From Chlamydiales bacterium (GTDB taxonomy: Bacteria; Chlamydiota; Chlamydiia; Chlamydiales; JAAKFR01): 64,000 nucleotides of DNA. The stretch's first letter is position 1; each line of letters opens with the position of its first letter. The stretch is taken from contig JAJACG010000009.1 of the NCBI GenBank assembly GCA_022601635.1, positions 6,081-70,080 of the forward strand, written 5' to 3'. The position numbers were made by a program, and so were the translations under genes. This document shows, one piece after another, positions 19,459 to 27,300 of this stretch. The notes under the pieces are model-generated. The model made no database searches. It was given only the letters and a program-made list of their open reading frames with translations, and was not told where the DNA came from.

Positions 19459-20646
19459 CTATTTTCTTTTGATGGCGAGCATTGCTAGAGCGACGAAGCC
19501 CATGATACCGAGGACAGCTATGGCGAGTTTGACGTAAGCGGCTGCGAGCAGTCCAACGATGAGTCCAGAGATGGCTTCGGTGAAGAAATTGAGAGATTGG
19601 TTGATCCCAAGTGTGCGTCCTTGCTCTTCATCACTGCTTTTCAATGATATGAGGGCAGAGCTGATGGGTAGTATGACGGCGACGGAGAAACCACCGATGA
19701 GTAGTAGTGGCCATAGGAAGTCTTCATGGTTGGGTAATATCATGAGGAGCATAGCGATTCCGAGCAGGGTTGCCATGAGCATGAGGATTTTGATGCTATG
19801 GAATCTTTTTGCTAGGTAGCCGATGAGGCATAGGTTGACGACTAAGAAGGGAATATCTGTCCATGCGATCATGAGTGAGAGTTTGCTGACGGCGACGCCG
19901 TAGTTGGCGACGATGTAGATGGGAAACCCTTGTAGGAAGCCGAAGGCTGCCAGATAGAGCACAAAATTAACCCCAAACCAAAAGCGCAGCTTTTTCATGG
20001 TGAAGAGGTTTTTAATATTTGTAAGACCCTCGAGATAGGAAACGTGCGGCTGTTTTATTGCGGTCTCTTTGAATGCGATGAGGATCCAGAAGAAAGAGGA
20101 TAGCAGCATTGCAGCGACGATGAAAAATGGGAGGTGATATGAGGGTCCATTTCCGAAGTTCATGGTGGAGAGCCATCCACCGAGTATGGGTCCGATGACG
20201 TAGGAGCATGAGGATGCGAAGTAGATGTATCCGAACATTCTGTGTCTAGATTCACGGTTGGAGACATCGGCGACAGCGCTTTGGGCGATGGTGATGTTAC
20301 CTTCGCTGAGTCCTGCGACGAAGAGGGAGATAATGAGTAGTACGATCCATTTGTAGATGAGGCAGAAGCCGATAAAGACGTAGACCAGAGTCGTGACGAG
20401 TAGAGAGTACATCATCAGAGGCTTGCGTCCAAATCGATCGGAGAGTGCGCCTAGAACTGGGGAGCTGAGGAATTGCCCGAAGGGGTACATGAAGATCAAA
20501 ATTCCTAAGATTAGGATACGTGTGCTTTGATCGGCATCGATGTAGTTATGGTGTAGTAGAGCTGGCGCGAATATGGTGAGAAATAGTGAGTATCCAATAT
20601 ACCCAAGAAAAACAACGAAATAGACTGGGAGGATGCGGTTGACCAT
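19459..20646 (-). CDS. MFS transporter (DHA1/TetA-like)
   Basis: Motif A GALSDRFGRK; about 12 TM segments. Confidence 0.85.
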   Translation of the reverse strand: MVNRILPVYFVVFLGYIGYSLFLTIFAPALLHHNYIDADQSTRILILGILIFMYPFGQFLSSPVLGALSDRFGRKPLMMYSLLVTTLVYVFIGFCLIYKWIVLLIISLFVAGLSEGNITIAQSAVADVSNRESRHRMFGYIYFASSCSYVIGPILGGWLSTMNFGNGPSYHLPFFIVAAMLLSSFFWILIAFKETAIKQPHVSYLEGLTNIKNLFTMKKLRFWFGVNFVLYLAAFGFLQGFPIYIVANYGVAVSKLSLMIAWTDIPFLVVNLCLIGYLAKRFHSIKILMLMATLLGIAMLLMILPNHEDFLWPLLLIGGFSVAVILPISSALISLKSSDEEQGRTLGINQSLNFFTEAISGLIVGLLAAAYVKLAIAVLGIMGFVALAMLAIKRK

Positions 20647-20658
20647 TCTTTCATTGTA

Positions 20659-21435
20659 TTACCATTGAATGGTTTTAGGGAAGAATTGGTTGATTAGTTC
20701 TTGATAGTAGGGTTTTAGTTTTTCAACATCAACTTCGTTTTCACTTTTTGAGTAGAGGTCATATTGATTAAAGAGTTTGACCCAGGGCATGAGTTCTTGA
20801 TCTTCTTCATTCATGAGATATCGGTAGTCATTTTCTTTATGTGCTGGGTAGAAGGAGTGGTATCGAATGATGTATGCGGCTTGTTTGGGTAGGTATGGTT
20901 TGACTACGTGGTAGAGGTATTCGTCATGTCCCCATGACATGTGGACCATATCCAGGCCGCATTTTTCCTGATAGATGCCTAGTTTCTGTGAATAGAGGGG
21001 GTGATTCCAGTCGGGATTGTGTGAGAAAAAGTTGTGAAAGATGATGCTTTTTTGGAAGGCGCATCCGACGGGAAAGGTATCTCCGACGACGGCCCATTGA
21101 GGTTCATTCCATGTTGTGAGGATTTTTCCGAGATCGTGTATGAATCCGGTGAGGATGAGCCATGGTGGGTGTCCATCGCGTCTGAGAGCTTCAGCAGTTT
21201 GGTAGGCGTGGTGAGATTGTGGAAGGTTTATATCGGGATCGCTGGAATCGATGATGCTATCGAGGGTTTCGATTGCATCCCAGATGCTCATTTGGGTTTT
21301 TCTGAGGGGTAGATAGTGATTCTTTTTTTCCAGGACAAACTGAAGGGTTTGGTTTTGGTGGTTTTCTAGGTAGAACTGAGTTGTGGGGTCATCATATTGT
21401 CGAAAGAGTGTGGCGAGTAGAATGAGTGCTATCAC
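20659..21435 (-). CDS. Inositol oxygenase (MIOX) family HD-domain diiron oxygenase
   Basis: DSSDPD, HAYQTAEA, HDLGK, QWAVVGDTFPVGC, SWGHDEYLY, IRYHSFYP, YDLYSK. Confidence 0.85.
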   Translation of the reverse strand: MIALILLATLFRQYDDPTTQFYLENHQNQTLQFVLEKKNHYLPLRKTQMSIWDAIETLDSIIDSSDPDINLPQSHHAYQTAEALRRDGHPPWLILTGFIHDLGKILTTWNEPQWAVVGDTFPVGCAFQKSIIFHNFFSHNPDWNHPLYSQKLGIYQEKCGLDMVHMSWGHDEYLYHVVKPYLPKQAAYIIRYHSFYPAHKENDYRYLMNEEDQELMPWVKLFNQYDLYSKSENEVDVEKLKPYYQELINQFFPKTIQW

Positions 21436-21455
21436 GCGCTCATATTAACAAATTC

Positions 21456-22910
21456 TTAATTTACCAAAACATTTTTTTCTACTGTTGCGCTGGCTTTTTG
21501 TAGGATTGTTCTGCAATTGGGGCTGAGGTTTTTGAGGTAAACCTGTTTTTGGAGTTTTTGATATTTAGCCATTGTGGATTGAATGGCTTCGATGGCTGAG
21601 TGATCACAGATTTGGGAATTTCGGAAGTCGAGGTGGACGACTGGGGGGTCATTTTTGATATCGAGCAGTTCTTGAAAAGTTTTGATTGAGCCGAAGAAGA
21701 GTGGTCCATTGAAGCTATAGAGTTTTTGATTATTTTGGGTGGAGATATCGGCTTTGATGTGTTGAGATTTTTTCCATGCGAAGACGAGTGCAGAGGTGAT
21801 GACACCGAGGGCTACGCCGGTTGCTAGGTCGGTAAAGACGGTTATGGTGGAGACGAGGATAAGGACGAAGGCGTCGGATTTGGGGATTTTACGGAGGATT
21901 CGGAGGCTAGACCATTCGAAGGTGCTGATGACGACCATCATCATGACGCCTGTGAGGGCGGCGATGGGGATTTGTTCGATGAGTTTAGAGCTTACTACGA
22001 TGAAGAATAGGAGGAAGAGAGCGGCTGCGATTGAGGAGAGTCTTTTTCTTCCGCCGGATTTGACGTTGATCATACTCTGTCCGATCATAGCGCATCCGCC
22101 CATGCCCCCGAAGAGGCCGGTTATGATATTGGCGAGTCCTTGGGCTGCGCATTCTTTATTCATTTTGCCGCGTGTTTCGGTTATTTCGTCGATTAATTGC
22201 AGTGTCATGAGTGATTCGATGAGTCCTACGGCGGCTAGTGTGAGTGAGTAGGGCAGGATAATTTTTAGGGTTTCTAGGTTGAGGGGAATGATTGGGAGGT
22301 GTGGTGTGGGGAGGCCGCCTTTGATGGAGGCGAGGTCTAGGACGGATTTTGTATCGATGTGGAGTAGTTTTACGATTAGTGTGACTGTGATGATGGCGGC
22401 GAGTGATGAGGGGATAGCTTTGGTGATTTTTGGGAGTATGTAGATGATGGCCATAGTGAGTATGACGAGTGTGAGCATGGTGATGAGCTCAGTGCCATGC
22501 ATCCACTGTCCGTCGACTTTGAAGTGTGCCATTTGAGCTAGGAAGATAACGATGGCGAGTCCATTTACGAATCCGAGCATGACGGGGTATGGAACGACTC
22601 TTGCGAATTTTCCGAGTTTTAGTAGTCCTGCAAGGATTTGGATGATGCCCATGAGTATGACGGCAGCGAAGAGGTATTCGACGCCGTGTGTGGCGACGAG
22701 GGAGACCATGACGACGGCGAGAGCGCCTGTTGCGCCGGAGATCATCCCTGGTCTTCCGCCGAATATGCCTGTGATGAGACATACGAAGAATGCGGCGTAG
22801 AGTCCGACGAGTGGAGAGACGCCTGCAATGAATGCGAAGGCAACAGCTTCAGGGACGAGGGCAAGCGCTACGGTGAGTCCGGAAAGTAAGTCATTCTTGG
22901 ATCTAAACAT
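21456..22910 (-). CDS. SulP-family anion transporter with STAS domain
   Basis: ALALVPEAVAF, GGRPGMISGATG, GGCAMIGQS, GPLFFGS, DHSAIEAI. Confidence 0.9.
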   Translation of the reverse strand: MFRSKNDLLSGLTVALALVPEAVAFAFIAGVSPLVGLYAAFFVCLITGIFGGRPGMISGATGALAVVMVSLVATHGVEYLFAAVILMGIIQILAGLLKLGKFARVVPYPVMLGFVNGLAIVIFLAQMAHFKVDGQWMHGTELITMLTLVILTMAIIYILPKITKAIPSSLAAIITVTLIVKLLHIDTKSVLDLASIKGGLPTPHLPIIPLNLETLKIILPYSLTLAAVGLIESLMTLQLIDEITETRGKMNKECAAQGLANIITGLFGGMGGCAMIGQSMINVKSGGRKRLSSIAAALFLLFFIVVSSKLIEQIPIAALTGVMMMVVISTFEWSSLRILRKIPKSDAFVLILVSTITVFTDLATGVALGVITSALVFAWKKSQHIKADISTQNNQKLYSFNGPLFFGSIKTFQELLDIKNDPPVVHLDFRNSQICDHSAIEAIQSTMAKYQKLQKQVYLKNLSPNCRTILQKASATVEKNVLVN

Positions 22911-22960
22911 AGGCAGAACATACTAGTAGATTTTAGATTAATTAACAAGTGGGAATTGGT

Positions 22961-23030
22961 GGCTCTCGTGATTGCTTTGCAATCAGTGGCACTGTGTGCC
23001 ACAAGGCGGCTGTGCCGCCTTACGAGAGCC
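22961..23030. repeat. Four-way-junction (cloverleaf) palindromic element, copy 1
   Basis: GGCTCTCGT [GATTGC-TTT-GCAATC] A [GTGGCAC-TGT-GTGCCAC] [AAGGCGGC-TGT-GCCGCCTT] ACGAGAGCC; all four stems are perfectly complementary. Confidence 0.9.
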
Positions 23031-23534
23031 CTGTAGAATCTCTACTGCTTCCTCATACGTCTCTTCATGCACTACTCCATCTCCATCGTCAGAATTTGAT
23101 AGATCTATCAAAAAGTAGCGAACTGTTCCGTGATAGAGTGAAACGGCAGTGATAAAATCTTGACCTTTGTGCTTCGGATCAGAGCCATGAATGGCAAGAT
23201 CGAACCTCATTTCAATTGGTTCACTTGAAGCAAAGCAATTTCTATAGACTGGGTTGGTATTAATCATTTCAACGAGCTGATCTGACATGCGAATAATTTG
23301 CTCTCTTCCCTTTTCTACAGTCAAGACTTCATAGGTTTCAAAGGAAGCCTTAAGCACTCGAATATTATCTTTTCCGGCTCCTCCGCCAGTAACCACCACC
23401 GAGAAGTGCTCAGCTTGTTGTTCATCGGTAAATTGAGAAAGGATATCGTCTAAATGATCAGAACAAGTCTTAGGTTGGTGCTTTGCACATCCTGCTAGTA
23501 AAATCAGAAATAATAGTGTTGCTCTTGCTATCAT
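22983..23534 (-). CDS. Lipoprotein, putative immunity protein (copy 2)
   Basis: Lipobox LLAGC; shares TGGGA, SF.TY.VLTV, QD.IT.VSL.HG..RY and ETYEEAVEIL with 23701..24342; ATGA-coupled to the orphan toxin tip. Confidence 0.65.
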   Translation of the reverse strand: MIARATLLFLILLAGCAKHQPKTCSDHLDDILSQFTDEQQAEHFSVVVTGGGAGKDNIRVLKASFETYEVLTVEKGREQIIRMSDQLVEMINTNPVYRNCFASSEPIEMRFDLAIHGSDPKHKGQDFITAVSLYHGTVRYFLIDLSNSDDGDGVVHEETYEEAVEILQGSRKAAQPPCGTQCH

Positions 23535-23692
23535 TTTAAACCATCGATCCTATAGTTATACATACTTGTAATCAATTCACTCTGGTACGTAGGGCTCGTA
23601 ATCGAGTGATCAAAACCTCGCACCGATGGATGGGAATCCAACACCGTTACCGAACCCCTATTCTCCCAAAGACCCGCTCCTCCTATCAACAT
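23531..23692 (-). CDS. Orphan Rhs C-terminal tip cassette (53 aa; below the ORF-track cutoff)
   Basis: MLIGGAGLWENRGSVTVLDSHPSVRGFDHSITSPT-YQSELITSMYNYRIDGLK; residues 3-35 are identical to the Rhs C-terminal segment and the last 18 differ. Confidence 0.7.
   Translation of the reverse strand: MLIGGAGLWENRGSVTVLDSHPSVRGFDHSITSPTYQSELITSMYNYRIDGLK
23592..23687. repeat. 96-bp direct repeat of 24400..24495 (Rhs 3' segment)
   Basis: Identical by eye except one base (GAGTGATCA vs GAGTGGTCA). Confidence 0.92.
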
Positions 23693-23700
23693 AGTGAATC

Positions 23701-24342
23701 TCAATTCACTCCATTGTTCAAATAGTCAAACATAGCATCTTCAAGCGCTGAATGAAGTGTTACAGGGCTCTCGAGCTCGCATTGCGAGCGGTGGCACTGT
23801 GTGCCACAAGGCGGCGTAGCCTCCTTACGAGAGCCCCGTAGAATCTCTACTGCTTCCTCATACGTCTCAAAATGTACATTTTCAGCTGGTTGCACTTCTT
23901 TAGATAGATCCAACCTTGAATACCGAATCCTTCCATGTGAGAGTGAGACCCCTGTAATGTAATCTTGATTCTTATCACAGGGATCAGGTCCGAATATCGA
24001 TAGGCGATATCTATCGACTAGAGCATGCGGATCTGTAAAGCACTCTAGAAATGCTTGATTTGATCGTATGATATCAGTCAAGCTTTCGACTAGCTTGACT
24101 ATCTTTGCTCTTGCGGTGTCGACGGTTAGTACATCATAGGTATCAAATGAGACTGTTACCAGGTATATTTCTTCTTCCGAAGCACCACCTCCTGTGCCAA
24201 CCGCAAACAGATCATTGTCTCGCTCTTTTTTTACAAGGAGATCAACTATCTGATCTAATCGAGTATAGGGATTATCAGGCTTTTCTTTTTGCTGACACGA
24301 TGCCATACAAAAAAGTATCAGTATTCCGATAATGAATCTCAT
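23701..24342 (-). CDS. Lipoprotein, putative cognate immunity protein (copy 1)
   Basis: Lipobox MASC; ATGA overlap with the Rhs stop at 24339-24342; paralog of 22983..23534. Confidence 0.7.
   Translation of the reverse strand: MRFIIGILILFCMASCQQKEKPDNPYTRLDQIVDLLVKKERDNDLFAVGTGGGASEEEIYLVTVSFDTYDVLTVDTARAKIVKLVESLTDIIRSNQAFLECFTDPHALVDRYRLSIFGPDPCDKNQDYITGVSLSHGRIRYSRLDLSKEVQPAENVHFETYEEAVEILRGSRKEATPPCGTQCHRSQCELESPVTLHSALEDAMFDYLNNGVN
23761..23840. repeat. Four-way-junction (cloverleaf) palindromic element, copy 2
   Basis: TACAGGGCTCTCG A [GCTCGC-ATT-GCGAGC] G [GTGGCAC-TGT-GTGCCAC] [AAGGCGGC-GTA-GCCTCCTT] A CGAGAGCCCCGTA. Confidence 0.88.
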
Positions 24343-27300
24343 TTTATGCCTCTGCTCAAGTAGTCAAACATATCATCTTCAAGTCGCTTTTCAAAAGTGG
24401 GGCTCGTAATCGAGTGGTCAAAACCTCGCACCGATGGATGGGAATCCAACACCGTTACCGAACCCCTATTCTCCCAAAGACCCGCTCCTCCTATCCAAGG
24501 TATCGGATCGCGATGCGGTTTGGCCACATAATTTGTTGCACTATGACACAAATTTCTCGTAATTGGCGTCGCAGGTGCAAAAGCCGCTGTTGTAATACGA
24601 TTGCGTAAATCATCAGGCAATCTCTGCAAGGCCGCCTTGCCCTGCATCGCACCCTCACTATGTGGAATATACATCAACGTCGATCCCGCACTGCTCAGCA
24701 AACCCTCCATCGCCCCCTTCGCAACTCCCACCTGACTAAACTCACGACCCCCAACCCTCTCCAATACTACCCGTGCAAAATCACGCAGCCCACTCGACTT
24801 GTTCTCAATCATATGCACATTGTAACCACCACTTAAACGCGATAAATGCAATGCATTCTGAGTGCGAACAGCATCACTATTCCTCATCCCATTATGATAG
24901 AGAAAACTACGACCCGGTGGCATCTCTTTCACTGGATAACCCATACTCCTCAAATCAGTCACTCCTCCCACTTGTGGATTCACCCAACTCTCAGGCACCC
25001 TCGACATCAACTGCTTAGTCATATACCCAGCCGGCGTATAACCCCACATGCGACTCAATAAGCTCTGGTCCGCTAAACCATACAGATCAATATGATGCGG
25101 ATTTCCATGCACATAACCATATCTGTTCGGGCCATCATGATACCCCTCAGGATCAGGCGTCAACCAACGACCCAACTCCGGAATATAATAACGCCTCCCA
25201 AAATAGATCAAACCCGTCTCAGGATCACTCCTCTTGGAACAAAAACGCCAAGATCCATCTGTATCCCCTACACCAAATGCATCATAATCAAAACTTTGTC
25301 TCTTTTTGGAGTTAAGAAGAGTACGCACAGAGCCGCGATGATCATGCAGCGGAACAAATACCTTGTCCCCCCTCTCTATCAGCACCGCTGCCCCAATCTC
25401 AGCACCCAATCCCTCACCCAAAATGCGCAATTCATTTATCACAAGCTCATTATGAATGCAGTAGTCATGTTTCTTCGGTGTAAACCGACCAATCTCATTC
25501 TGACCATCCCACAAGAAATAACTCTTAGCCCCCTTCACATTCTTCCACAAACGACGATGAAAATTGTCATAGCCATACTGCGCAGAGGGAACCCCCACTA
25601 ATCTATTCTGCGAATCATAAACAAATCCGTGAAGCAGCATGTTCCCATTTGCATCATACTCATAAGAAGAGAGCTGCCCCAACTCATCCACCTCATAATC
25701 CGCACTCAACCTGTTCGATAATGAATCATGACAGTAATGCTTTTTATCCTCCTCAATCAACTGATCCAAGCTATCATACCGATACCGACGACTATTCTCA
25801 GAAAGTACGTTGCCACTTGCATCATAACTATATCTCAAATCTAGCGAAGGGGCCGAAATATGGAGCGGCCTGCCCAATGCATCGCGCTCAATCTCTAAAC
25901 GGCCAAAACCATGCATCAGATGACAGCCCGTTATCAATCCATCCTCAGCACGCTCATATATATGCTTCTGACCATTGCGCGTTACCGACTTCAAATAAGC
26001 CCCCATATAAGTATAGGTAACCTCACTCTTGTCCGGTAAAATTAACTTTGTGCGCTGACCATCACTATTATATGACGATCTAAAACAGGCACCATTGCCC
26101 AAACACTCCTCAACCATCTCACCATGCACATTAAAGCTGCGCTTCGTCTTCATACCCAAGCAGCGATCCTCCACCAGAGTCATATTGTCCGCAGCATCAT
26201 AGCTGTAGTTATAGTCAAAATCAGCGCCGCGGTAACGTGATACCCGACCAAATTCATCATATTCATAGTGGTGAAGATCCCCTGAGGGTAACTCCACTCT
26301 TTGTAAACGGCCCATTTTGTCATATGACCTAGATGTTCTACGCCTGCCAGCCTCAAGCAACCACTCCACTCGATCGCCTGGACCATAGCCATACTCATGA
26401 CAGACAGCGCCGCGAGATCTACCATTCACATAGATCGAATCCTCACGCCTCACACAGTTACCCCTTCCATCATACGCCTTCTTTGTCATGGAACATTTGC
26501 GCCCAGATGGATCGGTCTTATAAATCAAAGAGACTCTATCGCAGCTGTCATACTCCATATGCGTCGTCACACCAGAGGGAAGCCTCTTTGCCACAAGCAA
26601 GCCATTGCGATAGCTACTCTCAGTGCACTGACCCAACTGGTCCACCTCCATAATCAACTGCCCCTGACCATTGTAAAAACGCTCAAAAATCCCCCTCGAA
26701 CTCTCCTCCCATATCAAACGCCCACACTCATCAAATCGATAGCTCACCTCATTCCAAGCTCGATCATGCGCCACCCTCTTCTTTCTCACGACTCGATCTA
26801 AATTGTCATACTCAAAAACATAGACAGAGTCCCCAGCAACCCTGTGCGAAAGACGACCACGCGCATCATAGTAGAAAAAGGCGCGCCTCCCCCCCTTAGT
26901 TTCCTCAACTTTCTGCCCCAAGATGTTATAAACATAACTGCTCTTTATACCACTAAACTCCTCCTCCTCAATCAAGAGAGGACCCTCATAAACAGCATGA
27001 TAGCGCCGATCACCCTGACTCTTGGAAATCAGCTGGTCACAAATATTGTAACTGTAAGTTGTCTCCATACCATGACGATCCGTTGAGGAAATCAAACGAC
27101 CATACTCATCATATACAAAGCTTTCACATCCACCATCTGGATGCTTTACCTCAACTGGTAATGAACGCTCATTATACTCTGTAGAAGTAACAAACCCATT
27201 GCGATCACGACGCTTCACTACATTGCCCAATGGATCATATTCTAAACTCTCAAACGTACCATCAGCGTAGTCAGTCCGAAATAGACGCCCCGAAGCGTCA

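Noticed and set aside
22961-23030. Cloverleaf read as a tRNA gene
   Set aside because: All loops are 3 nt; there is no 7-nt anticodon loop, no TTC T-loop and no CCA end.
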